NCBI GenBank assembly: GCA_023920165.1
Contig: CP089274.1
Coordinates: forward strand, 5,580,001-5,644,000
DNA from: Curvularia clavata
Lineage: Eukaryota
Direction of reading: 5' to 3'
Length of the DNA: 64,000 bases
Each line of letters starts with the position of its first letter. Positions within the stretch are counted from its first letter, which is position 1. The position numbers and the translations under genes were made by a program. Below, piece after piece: positions 24,421 through 41,544 of the stretch. The notes under the pieces were generated by a model. The model was given only the letters and a program-made list of their open reading frames with translations. It was not told the origin of the DNA and did no database searches.

Positions 24421-26800
24421 TCAATCGATAAAGACTAGGCTGAGTAGGGTCAATGGCAGCGGACAGGCGACTTATGAAGGGCGGTGCGTTGCAATGATCT
24501 TTAGTTGGTGGAGGGACGTATCACTGTGTTTGAAAAGTTGCGCGAAGTGGTCTTGCTCGCTGGGCCGGAGTCGAGCTACGATGCTTTATAAGAAATAGGT
24601 GCCTTCACGCTACTGTAGGCAACGAGCGCTTGCAGCATTACCCCGCTGGTGAATTAAGGTTTGCGCATAACACGAGGATTGCGACACATGGCTTCTATAT
24701 GGCTTGCACATTCAAAAGCCTTCAGCTGGGAGGTTTTTTCCTCCTTCAAGGGCTGACCGAGAAAATAATCAAAGAATCTTGCGAAATCCAGGTTATACAG
24801 ATATGAGGGGCTGGAAAGCTTGCCGCCACTAATGCACTGTGCACAGTTCCCACTATACCTGATTGGACATAACTTGCCATGTTGCCTGGTCTATCCTTGT
24901 GATCGAGGTGATTGGTCAATACACAGACGGTTGCTACAATCCCACACCACCTACTACGTATTCCCGTTTGTCTTAGTGTTAGCGTCGATGAGACGTTTTC
25001 CTAGCTAGTATTCATCTACGAAGGTAATAAATTTTCCTTCTTCAACAAAAGTGTATGCCAATGATCACAGTCTCCTCCTAGTTCGAGATTACTCAACTAC
25101 AAAAGCGCTGACCTTAGCATGCCCGGCACGGCAGCTGTTGAAACACTGCAGGATATCCAACTTTCTTGGCTCAACGAAGAGCGTCCTCGGTCCGACTATC
25201 AGCAACTCGCTTACCGTCAAGTTAGTTGTAGCATTTTCTCTACTAACCGAAAGCGTGCATCGAAGACTAGCTTTCCCTTCAATAGCGTTTTCGTTTACAT
25301 TTCCTACTGTGATGTGACTATCGTCCATCTACATGACATGTGCATCTCAACCTCGTACTACCATCACGATTAATACCATTTCTCAACCCTTTGCACAAGT
25401 ACGGTTCCGATCTAAAGATACTACCTGCCCCATATTTCCATCTTGCATAACTTGGCAAAATTACCCACTCCTCGGCACATCTACGCGCGCATCCTACAAG
25501 GCGTCCATCTCCCTTTGGTAATATCGCTTGCACCCGTGTCCCAACCAACACACATAGCACGCATAACACACAAAACCATTCCAACACAGGAACCTCGCCC
25601 GAAAAGCACCTTTTCCTCCTACAAGTTAGTCCGTGTAAGAGAAGATGGTCCAACGCATAGTATGCATCGACGTAACATGCAAGTATGGAAGCGTGTACAC
25701 AAGCAGCGCAAGCGAAAAGGCGCCTACGTGCCCATCCCGACTGTCTCTCCCGCCCGCCCGCGAGCGAAGGATCAGGAACCCGCCATGTTATATGGGGGCC
25801 AACACCAGAAAAGGCAAGAAGAAAGGGCGAAAGGAACATAGCATTACCGCCCATCCTTTCTGCTTCCATCTACATCGCAAATTTCCGATTTTCCGATCTC
25901 CCGCCCACACATATATGCACAAAGATGTAGACGCGCGTCTTGCGTTTCATGCAGTGTTGGATATCGATTCTTGATTATTCGTTGATTCTTGAAATCTTTC
26001 TACGTACGGAGTCATCAGCCCGAAACTTGACTTCATCCTGAATAGTACACCGCTTTGCCATGCATTCATCTGCCGTCGCTCTTGCCGTATCTCATGCTCT
26101 GACCGTATCTCCCCCTCTGTCAAAAACGAGAGCTCGAGACCCGACCTGAGCGCATTCGCATTCGCTATGTAGTAGTAGCAAGTGCTCCGTATCTAGCGCG
26201 CGGGCATGTCCGCACAATTCCTCGGGGAAGGGGGGGGAGGACAAAAAAATTCAAGGGGGGAAAAAGGGAAGAGGGGACAAAGGAAGGAAGGATTTGCCGT
26301 GCCGCGGAGCTTTGGCCCACACTACGTACCTAACACCCAATGCGGCGCTGAGAAGGTGTTGGGCGAAAGCCAGCATCCGCGGACCGTGTAATTTTTGTGG
26401 CTTTTTTTTTGACGCAAATGTGGCGTACATCGTCGGCAATTGAACAATGGCACGGGCAAATTCAGGGTCTTGATGGCGTTATTGCGCGCACAACTTGACT
26501 TGAGGGAGGAGGAGGCCAAATATGATCTCCCACGACTAAGTGAAACTGGAAAATCGAAACGAAGCGATGAAGATTGACTGTGGCAACTAGAGCTACTTTG
26601 AGACCAGCAGAGTAGTTTTTGCTAGAACGCAGAGTGGTTTTGTAGGCCGCCATTTTCGTTGTGGGTGGGTTAAGCATGCGCTGAGTGAGGTGATATTGCT
26701 GCTCAAGTCTATATTGTGCTACTATGTGTATACTGTAATTTAGTCCCTTTCCCGCGTTGAGATGTTTCTTGAGCCAGAGACCAGATACATAATCCCCTCA

Positions 26801-28113
26801 TTATTGCATCCCTCTCTTAGCCATGTCTCGCAGCTCCGCTGAGCTCGTCCGCTGCTCCACCGTACTCGTAACATGAATCCCATGAAAGTCTTTTCCAGCC
26901 AAGATATGCTCTTCACTACCCATACTGCCCTGTCCACGAACAGTGTTTGTCAACTTGTTGTCCTCGAGTGCGACCCATTCTTCGTCTCTGCCAGTCAAAC
27001 GATTCTTGACAGCTGGTCGTTTCGCATAACCCGCGGAGGGATTTTGGTACGGGGCCGCGCTGCCTCCGCTACTACCCAATCGGAGGACACGCTGCAGGAG
27101 AGGACGAAGCGTAGCTACGCAGCCTACAATTACTCCAACGCCGTTTTCGGCGTAACCCCAGAGAATCACATCTGCGACACCATCTATTGCGGATGTTAGT
27201 ATCGGTATGAGGGAAAGCAGGAGTAGTGACTCACGGAGGTAATCAGTTGAATTTGTAAGGTTCACCGTGTAAATGAGACGAATGCATGCAGATAAACTTG
27301 CTCTTTATGGTGTGTTAGTTCAGCGATCATGTTTACTAGATAAGCGAGCAGGAGGGAAACTTACAAGGCTCCAAGGCCGAGAATGACGCCGACGGAAAGC
27401 TTAGCGTTGCGGTTGAGCTGCACGTTCCACAGCAGTGGTATGGGCAGCAACGCGCAAAACCAATCCGTGGCAATGTTGATAGCCGTGGTCGCATAGTATA
27501 TGTCGGCAAGTTTCTGCGGGGCATTGCATTTACCACCGGGTGTCGATGTGTCCCAGGCGTAGGAGACAGGGGCGCATTGGAAGATGATATACAGCAAGGC
27601 GATGAGGTTCATGATAATGAACATGGCAGAAACTGCATACAAGCTGTATATGTATGTCGTTCTTCGTGAGGCGATACGAATGAGCATAAAAGAAATGCTC
27701 AGCTTGATTGGAATGATTGCCGAACAATAGAAAACTTCAAAGAAGAAAAAGTACTGCGTATGTTAGTAAGGATCATTGCCTCTTATGAGTGAATACATAC
27801 CTGCATCCCTTGGACTTTCTCCTGTGGTGCCAGTCTGTCATCATGAACGCCAACACCGCTGAATGCACCGCCAATACATGATATCGTCAGAGCTGTGAAA
27901 GGAAGCTGTACGAATCAATGTCAGCATGAATTCTGTCGTATGAGAAAACGGGGGGTGGCTCACAGTCGCCAAGGTCATGGACCAGTCATCGAGACCCCAT
28001 GCTCCATTGGAAAGCCTGGTGTAGACTCGCAAACCGTAGGTGATGTATGCAATGACAGCGAGTGCGATGATCGACGCAGCAAGGTGTGGTGACTTGTCAC
28101 CAAAGTAAGTCAT
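26801..28113 (-). CDS. PTH11-like (fungal rhodopsin-domain) integral membrane protein without CFEM; introns 27963-27906, 27800-27754, 27364-27303, 27234-27184
   Basis: LRVYTRL...GLDDW, FQCAPVSYAWD, NIATDWFCALLPIPLLWNVQL, LSVGVILGLG, WGYAENGVGVIVGCVATLRPL. Confidence 0.88.
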
Positions 28114-30765
28114 CTTTGAACCCTTTTCCGCGGACGCAGGTTCGTGTACGAAGAGACAGAAGATGACTGGAGAGAACGGGTCGTAAGTATGACAGCCGAC
28201 TAACAGAAGACCACGGCCGTGTATCTGTCAGTCATGCGAGGGCGAGGTGTTGCTGAAGACACGTCGTTCCAGCAGAGAGAAATACGACTGGGGATTTAAC
28301 ACAGATGAGTTCAGAGAGAAGGGGATGGGATGGGGCACGTTTTGGGTTATTCGCGATGATCCCCCATGCCACATTGGCAACCGCCCCAGATCATGGAACA
28401 AGTTGACATTGGTCTTGTGCGAGAATCCAAGCAGGAGACCCACGTGGATCCATTTTTCTGTCGGATCGTGGCAGAAGTCCCTGGGATGCTGCCAGTAAGG
28501 CCCGGCGAGCGATTACTAGAATCCGTACCGTGCCCGGCCCGTCGAGAACGTCGTCATAAAAGCCGATGCGGGTGGCCTAACAGTGTCAGCCGGTGAAGGA
28601 AGAGAGCGGCTGAACCGGGCCCACGGAACACGCCCATGCTTGGACTTGCAGGAATGCAGGCACAGCGGACGGTGCAGTAGACCCTGAAAAACAGGCACAT
28701 TTGCCTGACAGCTGCAATCCCACAGGTGCCATAGGCTTACACTGTAGTTGAGGAAGGTGACTGGCTCACTGTCATAGTATAACATTTGAGATTTCATGGC
28801 TGGGTTGTGTAATGACATTCCTGGTAGACGATAGATGTAGCCTTCTTCACCTGACATGGTCGGTCTTGCCTCTCACTCAACCATTTCCAGATTTCTCATA
28901 TCCGCGTTTCTCGAACGTCAGACACGGCTCGAGGGTTCGCCATGTCGGGAGATGACCCGGACGCCTAGTGCTTGGTACTAGTAAGCCTTGCATAAGCCGC
29001 AGACTCGCTTCCGCAGGGCCCCATAAAAAAAGCCCGACACGAAGATCCTTATTGCTTGACCTACCAATTCGGCATCTCGGAACCTGACGCCCTAGTATGA
29101 GCGGCTTGGGTAAATGCGTGAGTGCAGCTACCCATGAGGAGGCAAGGGGTCCATGGGCAAGTAAGAACAGACTACTCGTATTCTCATTGGAGGCATCAGA
29201 ATGCGCCGCACAGACAAATCTACCTGACACTGCCACGGCAGCGTCTCGCGGATGTGGAGCTCCAAGTGGCAGGTCCAGATGTCGCATGTGGCGCTGATTG
29301 TCTGGATTCCACCATCATGTGCCTGTGGTTTCAACGCGCTGAATGGCTGTTTCCGCTATGTGAAGGCTTGAGAGCCCTCTCCATTGTGGGGCGCACTTGG
29401 CGAGTTGAAACTCTAAAGCTGACCAGAGGCGAGGCACTGGAGTCATGGAGAAAGGACAGAGAGGTTGCTAGCAAGAACAGAATCCAGCTATGGCAAGTGT
29501 ATATTCATTGTATCCACAATGCCGAGTCGCTTCTTGTAACTTACCAAAGGCACGGTACCACGGCATGATTGGGCGGTAGCTCGATAGCCTACAGTATTTT
29601 CCGATGTTTGCAGAAGATCTCGGAAGCTGTCAACCGTTGCGAACGTGTGACCTATAGTGACAGAGAAGCTAGAAGAAACGATCACATCCATAAAAATTCT
29701 AACTTTGAGATGGAAGCTGGTCACGGATGTTACCGTTGGCAGAAAGATGCTTATGCAAGACACAATCTGAGTTTATGAGTACCGCTCGACGGGAGTTTGT
29801 TCCAGAGAAGATGCATATGACATGGGTGTCCGGCTATAAAAAGCAAAACTGAAGATGTGGAGTTTGTCGTGATCTACGGGGTAGTCGAGGGGGATGTGTT
29901 CTAGTCTGGATGCAAGCCTTGAAAGTGGATCGTGTTTGCAGCCTCTACACTCTCTTGGGTCGAATCCAAAGTATTGGCAGTGCTGGGCGTCGAGAAAGCC
30001 GCTATCGTGGGATATAGTCAGTCAAATATTTTTGTGTGGTCCAGGCACGACTCTGGGCAAGTGGTCTTGCGGGTATCTCGACTTTTCCTCGCCAGTAGGT
30101 GCAACTAGCAAAACGTTGGCTGAGTTTTTCCAAAGGAGAGATTGGCAGTCTTCCCCACAATTCGCCGCGGAAGTGTGTGCCGGTTGAGCAGATCCCTTGG
30201 CTAGGGGTCACTGGGCGCTTTGCGAGATCCGCCACTGAGTTTGTTATCTTTGCTGGGCCCACAGTTTCCGCGGACATGAATGCCGAGATGCGCTCGTAGG
30301 GAACTCTCCCGAGTTGGGAGAGTCGTGAAGATTGCAAATTGGCGGAGGCTCTGTGGCAAACCTAGGTCGCGGAGCTGGGGGTATAAGCTGTGCTAGTCAC
30401 GCGACCAGCACGGATGACGGAGAAGGACACTGCTCACTTGGTTTTGTTTCTTTTCTGGAGTCTTGATTGCATTACCGAGCATTTGGACAGTCGAAGATTC
30501 CAAGTGCCTTGTGCTAGACGTCTAGTTTCATGTCACCACACAGAGGCTCCATGTGCGCAACAAACAAAGTAGGACGGACGGGAGGCGGCGGTGTGTGCAA
30601 TTGCAGTTTCAGAAGGTGGCGCAAGGAGGGATGGAGTGAGGACAAGGCTCGTACAGCAGAAGACGACGAGTTGCACAGGTAGAGAGAGGGTCGATGCCCA
30701 ATTGGGCCAAGACGGGGGGAAGGGGGGGGCAACTGCCTTGGATCAGATAGGGGATATGGTAATGC

Positions 30766-30793
30766 ATGCAGGCAGGCAGGCAGGCAGGCAGGC
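30766..30793. repeat. (GCAG)n tetranucleotide microsatellite upstream of pkc1
   Basis: gcaggcaggcaggcaggcaggcaggc read directly. Confidence 0.8.
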
Positions 30794-31492
30794 GACGAGG
30801 CGAAGTGGTGCGAGTTCAGAAATTCAGACAAGCTCTTTAGGCGGCGGATAGACATGTTCGGCGGTGTGCTGTTTGTTTGGTCTTTGTATGGTTGTCTTGA
30901 CACATGTTCACCCCGCCAGTCGGTTGACCCACGCCGCCCCCCGACCGTCACGTCGTCATAACCTTCTCCTTGTGCCCGCGTGCAGCCCAACGCCCGCGAC
31001 GCCAGCCACGACGGCAGCGCAAGACACGCACAGAGGGAGAGCAAGCAATAACAAGACAGCCAGCCACACTGCAGGGCCGTTGAGGCAGAGACAGGCAGAG
31101 ACAGTGCAAGACGGCGAGGGGCGCAGAGACCGAGTGGGGCTCCGCTAGGCCGCCTTATGCGTGAGCTAAATCGCTGTCTGCCCGACGACATCACCACCAC
31201 CCCAAGCAAGCCATTCCGCCATTGACATCAACACCCTCCCTCTGCCATCCACGCGCGCGCCCATTGCCCGTCCTGCCGACGCGTTGCAGCGGCCTCTTCT
31301 CGCCCTCCGAGACTGCCTGCCCGCCAGTCTGCCCGTCGGCGAGCCCCCCCCAGCTGCTGCTCGACTGCCGACGCACCCCTCCTCCCAGCCTAGGAGAGGC
31401 CAGGCACCTGAGTACGCCGCTGCTCCTGTCGGCGAAGAACACGCCCCCGCCCGCCTTCTTCGCCGAAACCCCCTCTCTACTACCAGCCCGTC

Positions 31493-35327
<3,835 letters not shown>

Positions 35328-35824
35328 TCATACGCTCCCTTTCTGATACCCTGGGTGTTTTGTTTTGAAGAAGTGCGGTCGCCACTTGCTCATCGGCAGC
35401 GAATGGGTGAGTTGGAGGAGATTCGACCGTGCAATCTTGTTAGCATGGAAAAAAGCGTCATTTGCTTGGTGGGCGTGGGCTGGTATTTCCTCAGGGTAAT
35501 AGTGTGGCGGGTAGTGATGAAGCAAACGAGGGTTGTGTGTTTCTGAGGATGAACGGACATGGGCTATACTTCATGGCCGAAAATGAGTTACATGTAAAGA
35601 GGGTTTGTTGTGTTGGTAGTAGCGGTGAGCGTAAGTGAGCGTGAGCGTTAGTATATCATGGAAGCGTTGAGGGATTGAGTGAGCAGAGCAAGCACATAAG
35701 CAATAATTGTATAGGGATAGATGAAACAGATGAAAAAAAAATCTTCTCTTCTATATCATCATTCATTTGGAAATATTTTTCAATCTACAAAATGTTACGA
35801 TTATTCCGTAACCAGCCAACCACC

Positions 35825-37987
35825 TCACTGTCCTTCAGTAAGCACCCTAGTCCAGTCAAACTTCCTCCATCCCTTTCTCCAACCATCTACCCTCCTATCA
35901 CCCTTGACCCATCGCCCCTGCCTCTTTACAACCTCAACGTCAACATCCAACATGCCGCCCAGCACCTCTCTAGCAAACAAATCGCCTCTAGGCCACGTAC
36001 GCTCGTCCTCGACAATATGTCCCAGTCCGCCATCCAGCTCGAACCAAACATGGAAATACGGCATCTCTTTCGCTATGCTCTTGCGGAACGCAGCTCTACC
36101 CATCCCATTGCGCGACGCCTTGAGCGTATCCACAAGCGGCTTGTGCTGCGTCCAGTCGCCAGCCTGGCTAAGAATCGCTTCTCTGAAAAACGCGGGCGCC
36201 GTTTCGCCGAGCTCAAAGGGAATCGGGACAGCATTCATGGCGGCATGGCCTTTGCGACCGGGGAAAGCGGCGTTTTCGTAGAAGACGACGTCGCGGCCTT
36301 GGTCGTGGTACATGCGTGTGAGGCACTTCATGAAGTTGCGGATTTCTTCCCACTCGTCGTCGTCGCATTCAAGAAGGTTGGTGCGATGCTGAATCGGCAC
36401 GATGACGGCGCCGCCGGTGCTGATTTCGGGTTCTGTGGGCAGCGTCAGGAAGACGCGGGTGCCGAGGGAGACGATGGGTGCGATGGGGGGTTGAGGCGGT
36501 GACTTGTCTTCGTGGTGGCACAGGGGGCAGGCATCCAGGATGCGGTTCATCTTTGTGTAGTCTTGGATGGCGGCGTTGCGGAGGTTGATGGAGGACTTGG
36601 GTGCGCGGGCAGCGAGCTTGGCCGCGTTTTCGTCAATGTAGTCGAGGTCGTTGTCGAATTTGGAGTCTTTTGCAATCTTCTCGGCAAGCAGTTGGCCTTC
36701 GCCGCCGGCTTGGTTCTTGGTTCGTCGCTCCTGGCGAACCATGTCGTCAATGGACATGTCTTCATTCTCTTTGACGAGACCGCGCTCGGTGCCGCGTTTG
36801 TTCGTGAGGGCGATTACTTCGCCCTGGCGACCACCAGCGAGCATGCGGTTGTCCATGGCGCTGAGCACGACAACGTCTCGATCTTTAGAGCTGGATGCGT
36901 TTGCAAGAGCGGCGTTGTATTCAGCCTCTAGCTGCGCAGCCTCGGGGGCCTTTTTCATCTTGGCCTTCATCATTTGGGCTTTTAGCTTATTGAGCTCAGT
37001 TTGGCTGAGCACTACGGTATTTGTTGTAGGCCGGGGATCGGGGACAATCTCGCCCTGAGGTAAATCTGGCATATCTCTAGAGTCGCGAGACGGTCGGTGA
37101 ATGCCTGCGTTCAGTCTGCGCTCCTCGTAAAGCTCGCCAGAGGGTTTCTCTTTGCCCACATAATCTTTTCCATACATCTTTCTCCGGTCAAGCTCAATCT
37201 CTTCCTCCCGCGCCTCGTCAAAATCACGTAGGTCGCCGTACTTCTCCATGGCTACTTCTTCTACGCTTCGCCCGGATTCTTGGGCAGTTCGGTATATGCC
37301 CTTGAGCTTCATCATGCGCCATTGCGACCCAGAGTCCCCGAATGTGTAGTTCACTTCTCTCTGGGCCGGCTCCTCAGCCACAAGGCCTTGATCCTCCTTG
37401 AGATCGGCCAGGTGGTGGTTCAGCTCGGCGTGGTGAATCTTGAGAGCATGCTGTTGCTCAGCCGATGCTTTTACATAAGTTGTTTTCTCTTCTCTCTTTT
37501 TTCGTTGTACATAGTCGACGTCCATGGACGAAGGCGCTTTCATCCAGTCATCGCGCTGCAGATCTGCGTCGGCGGCTTCCTCGAGCTGCTTGTCCAGAAT
37601 GTCATCTTCGGGCGGCACGTAGTCTTTTTCCTGTGGCGCATCGTCGCCAGATGATTCATCTTCCTCGTAATGTCGCGATTTGCGCTTTCGTGTCAGGCGT
37701 TCATCATCGTCGCTCGAGTCGGCTTCTCTGTGCTTGCGCCGCGACCGGTCGTCCCTCTCATGTCTCTCTCTCCGCTTCCGTCGTGCGCGCTCTTCGGACG
37801 TCTCCCGATGGTGTCGCGATCGTTTATGGCTGTGGCGCTCGTCTCTACCATCGTTGTCGTCGTCATGATGGCGCGAGGAACGGTGTTTGCGGTGATGCCT
37901 TTCGCGACTCCTGCTCCGATCGCGCTTTTTGCGTTCTTCCTTCTTCTTGTTTTCCGCAAGCTCCCTTTCAAAATCCTCAAGACCCAT
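35825..37987 (-). CDS. cwf19: Cwf19/CwfJ-family spliceosome-associated protein
   Basis: Likely start MGLEDFERE at 37987; RS/basic N-terminus, YTFGDSGSQWRM, CPLC, IVPIQH, CDDDEWEEIRNF, MPYFHVWF, LGHIVED, FDWT. Confidence 0.9.
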   Translation of the reverse strand: MGLEDFERELAENKKKEERKKRDRSRSRERHHRKHRSSRHHDDDNDGRDERHSHKRSRHHRETSEERARRKRRERHERDDRSRRKHREADSSDDDERLTRKRKSRHYEEDESSGDDAPQEKDYVPPEDDILDKQLEEAADADLQRDDWMKAPSSMDVDYVQRKKREEKTTYVKASAEQQHALKIHHAELNHHLADLKEDQGLVAEEPAQREVNYTFGDSGSQWRMMKLKGIYRTAQESGRSVEEVAMEKYGDLRDFDEAREEEIELDRRKMYGKDYVGKEKPSGELYEERRLNAGIHRPSRDSRDMPDLPQGEIVPDPRPTTNTVVLSQTELNKLKAQMMKAKMKKAPEAAQLEAEYNAALANASSSKDRDVVVLSAMDNRMLAGGRQGEVIALTNKRGTERGLVKENEDMSIDDMVRQERRTKNQAGGEGQLLAEKIAKDSKFDNDLDYIDENAAKLAARAPKSSINLRNAAIQDYTKMNRILDACPLCHHEDKSPPQPPIAPIVSLGTRVFLTLPTEPEISTGGAVIVPIQHRTNLLECDDDEWEEIRNFMKCLTRMYHDQGRDVVFYENAAFPGRKGHAAMNAVPIPFELGETAPAFFREAILSQAGDWTQHKPLVDTLKASRNGMGRAAFRKSIAKEMPYFHVWFELDGGLGHIVEDERTWPRGDLFAREVLGGMLDVDVEVVKRQGRWVKGDRRVDGWRKGWRKFDWTRVLTEGQ

Positions 37988-38219
37988 GTTGAGGATGGTA
38001 ATGTTGATGTTCTTTGAATTGGCGTCGACAATGTTGTGCAATGTCGAGCGCGTGCGACCAAAGTTTCGAGACGGACGTCGTCGGCGCTTGGGCCTGACAT
38101 CACCGCGGCTGCTCGCTAGCGCGTCAGCCCCGCCTAAGAATTTCTAGAACACCGCGTCTACTATTCACTACACCTCACTCACCCTGCCGGTTGCTTCATA
38201 CTAACAGAATTTCTCCGCC

Positions 38220-39545
38220 ATGTCCGCTTCTAAAGCTCCCGGGGGTGCGACACCCTCTGAAACATCGAATGCACCCGTTTCTATTGTATGCGTGGGCATG
38301 GCAGGTAGCGGAAAGACGACATTCATGCAGCGCCTCGTCTCCCATCTCTACACCCACCCCGACCCTACTCAGAGCCAGCCAGCCGTTTCCAAAACACCTC
38401 CGACCCCGCCATACATTATCAACCTCGATCCCGCCGTTCACCATGTCCCCTTCACCCCGAACATCGACATTCGCGACAGCGTAAACTACAAAGAGGTCAT
38501 GAAGCAGTTCAACCTGGGCCCCAACGGTGGCATCCTGACGAGTCTAAACTTGTTCAGTACAAAAATTGACCAGGTCATTGCCCTGCTGGAAAAGCGAACA
38601 CAACCACCGCCGCCCGCACAAGAGCCTGAACCTAGCACGGTCGAGTTTATGACTAGCGGCGGAAAAGACAAGCAGACAGCCCCGGCCCAGCAACTACAAG
38701 TCAAGCACATACTAGTTGACACACCAGGCCAGATTGAGGTATTTGTCTGGTCCGCGAGTGGAGAGATTCTACTCTCGAGTTTAGCTAGCACCTTCCCTAC
38801 AGTCATTGCATACATCATTGACACGCCACGCACGACAAGCACGAGCACCTTCATGTCCAACATGCTCTATGCCTGCTCGATTCTCTACAAGACGAAATTG
38901 CCCATGATCCTTGTCTTCAACAAGACGGACGCCCAGGATGCCCAGTTTGCCAAGGACTGGATGACCGACTTCGAGTCCTTCCAAACTGCGCTCCGCAACG
39001 AAGAAGAGGGTGGTACTTTCGGCGGCGAAGGTGTGGGTGGAGGCAGTGGATATATGGGCAGCCTCATAAACAGCATGTCACTTGTGCTTGAAGAATTCTA
39101 TAAGCATCTCAGCGTTGTAGGAGTCAGTGCTATGACTGGCGAAGGCATGGACGAATTCTTCAAGGGCGTGCAAGAGAAGAAGGCAGAGTTTGAGCGCGAT
39201 TACAAACCTGAGCTTGAGCGAAGGAGGGCAGAAAGAGAAAAGGAAAAGAAGGAGTCGCGTCAACGCGAGTTGGACAAGATGATGAAGGACATGAAGGTTG
39301 GTGGTGCCGGATCCAAGCCAAAGGCCCGTCCTCGCAAAGAAGAACCTCAGACCGTCAGCGATGCCGAAGACTCTGGGGAGGATGGCATGGCGCCCGAAAA
39401 TCTGGATTACGAAGACGACATGGACTCGGACGACCCGGAGACTGGTATCAAAGAACGATACAGGCAGGCTGTGCAGGACCACGGTCTAGACCAAGGCGAA
39501 GATAACAGCTTTGCACGATATGTCAACATGGCCAAGTTCAGCTGA
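38220..39545 (+). CDS. npa3: GPN-loop GTPase 1 (Npa3/GPN1)
   Basis: [41 protein letters not shown]. Confidence 0.95.
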   Translation: MSASKAPGGATPSETSNAPVSIVCVGMAGSGKTTFMQRLVSHLYTHPDPTQSQPAVSKTPPTPPYIINLDPAVHHVPFTPNIDIRDSVNYKEVMKQFNLGPNGGILTSLNLFSTKIDQVIALLEKRTQPPPPAQEPEPSTVEFMTSGGKDKQTAPAQQLQVKHILVDTPGQIEVFVWSASGEILLSSLASTFPTVIAYIIDTPRTTSTSTFMSNMLYACSILYKTKLPMILVFNKTDAQDAQFAKDWMTDFESFQTALRNEEEGGTFGGEGVGGGSGYMGSLINSMSLVLEEFYKHLSVVGVSAMTGEGMDEFFKGVQEKKAEFERDYKPELERRRAEREKEKKESRQRELDKMMKDMKVGGAGSKPKARPRKEEPQTVSDAEDSGEDGMAPENLDYEDDMDSDDPETGIKERYRQAVQDHGLDQGEDNSFARYVNMAKFS

Positions 39546-41544
39546 AGGAACTACCTCGACATGTGAATATACCCCCACACCTTCGTTCGACCCAGTTTGG
39601 TTAGTAGCTTCCACGACATGCTACTGGTTAATCTCGCCTCCAAACACGCGGTTCTGCATCGGAAGCCCCACAGATGGCACACATGTTAGGCCACCCAGGA
39701 AACATCATGTGGTTGAGAAGTAGTTGGGAAACTTGACATTACAGAGGATTGCTGACGCTGCATTTTCGCTGCAGCTCACCTCAACCTACGTCTCAACAAG
39801 ATAAACAGGGCCCTTTGCCGCCGCGGAAAAGAAGTTTCAGCCCTTCTTTCCCTTTTTCGCCTCCAAAACATAGATCTCCCCTTGCCGATACGCTTATGTG
39901 GCTGGCTTTAAGATGGGACTTTTTTTTATAGCTTCATCTCGCTAAGAGAGGGTAACAGAACACATGCGAGATGTTGCACTGCTTGCAGCAAGTAGCAGAT
40001 ATGCAAGGGCAGTGTGTTACACGTTTCATACTGCAGAGTGGTGGCGATGCACGACGATAATAATACCGCTATTATTGAGCTGGGATGACCAAAAGTCTGT
40101 GGCACATGGATTACAGGTGGCTGGTGAGATCTACTCATGTAGTCTGATGTAGTGTTGCGTGGGGGGCATTGTCGTCGTAGTCGAGAGGTGTCAGCTGTCA
40201 AAATGTTCAAACTAGAAGCTTGCCATGTCAGACTTTGAACACCTGCATTTTCTGTGCAACTGTAATCATCTGCGTGGATTTTCGGTTTTCGTTCATGTGT
40301 CAATGTGTGTACGTGTCTTTGGGAGTTGATGTTTCATAGCAGCCTGGGCGCGTATACGACCATTCCATTTTCTGTACAAAGCAGGTCTCGTACCACATCA
40401 GGAGAGACAACCGCAAACGGTATTCTTAAATTGACATGCAGAAAATTGAACAAAACTAGCTGTTCATTGTATCCACTCTGTTCTAGCCTCCTTTATTTAC
40501 CCTGGTCTCGCTTTGCTTTTTCCACTATGTATGACTTCCCTATTTTCTCACGATTTTACAGCAATACACAGTTGCAGCACAACACCAAGAAATCACGGGT
40601 TCTTTACCCTTTCTGTTTCTAACCATGATATGTTATTAAGTGGCAGTATGTACGTATATGCATGTGACCATGTATGAAATGACGAATTCTTCCTCTAAAA
40701 TTCGAATCACATCAAGACATGGGGGCTCCGAGGAAATAAGATAGCTGGTTCAACAGTTCTAGCACTCTATGCATAGTCACCGAGGAGGCTGTAAGTTTCC
40801 GCATGTGAAGAAGCCGCAATATGAGAGCTCGATCCGAGGATGAGACTCCGTGGCGGTCCTCGAGACATCGGTGGTCTTTTGTCTCTTCACCGATATATGT
40901 ACAACCACTTGCATGAAGAAGACGACAAAGCACAGCCAAGCAACTGTAGATAGATGCATTTCCGTCTTTTGGAAGAAATCGGGGGGTGGCGAAGTAACGT
41001 AGCACCACTCTGTCTGCTATCTACGACCGCAGCGTCGTACACACATGCATGTTGTAGACAAGAGGACGCGCACGACCTGTGCCCATACCCTTATCTGACT
41101 GAAACGAGCAGTGGCGAGGTTAGCTTTCCCTTGCCTCCTCTCTGCCCTGCCTCGAGGCTCGTCGTACAAAGATTACTACTCCCCTACGATACCAAACCCC
41201 CTCCTCCCGGCTGAAGTCAATTCCATCCCGGAGAGATCATGTTAAAAGTGGGGAAAAAAGTGGCAAGGGATAGTGTATCTAAACTCTATGTGGCGTACGT
41301 TTTCAACGTTATTTGATTGTCCCTTTTGGATTAAGCGACCAACGATGCACATGCAACAAATGTTAGTGAATGAATGAATGGACACGGCAGCTTCCTGATT
41401 GCGTTACTTTGATTGTCGACCTGGTGCATATGTACGAACGAGACAAGGGGTCCTACATGATGGCGTTGAGAGAGCAAGGTAAGAAGAGAGGGGAGAGAGT
41501 GTGTGTACAGGGATGGGGTTTGGGAAAAAGGGCAAACGACTTAC

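Noticed and set aside
14590..25100. Island as a Starship or other bounded transposon
   Set aside because: No tyrosine recombinase or transposase, and no terminal repeats or target-site duplication that I could identify; only a 9-bp inverted repeat at 14607-14628.
25975..26030. Hammerhead-like CUGAUGA...GAAA on the minus strand
   Set aside because: Stem II does not pair, and the conserved U of the UH cleavage site is missing.
26328..26365. CCUAACAC..CAAUGC resembling a twister ribozyme start, and CUGAGA resembling a TPP aptamer
   Set aside because: The remaining twister core and the TPP UGAUCUGGAUAAU segment are absent.
26302..26382. Telomerase CR4/5-like junction
   Set aside because: No telomeric template nearby, and no room for a TER upstream on the minus strand; kept only as an unexplained structure.
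35675..37992. Long plus-strand ORFs antisense to cwf19 (and similar shadows over thr4, pkc1, mak21 and the GPI gene)
   Set aside because: Antisense shadows of GC-rich codon usage with no recognisable motifs.
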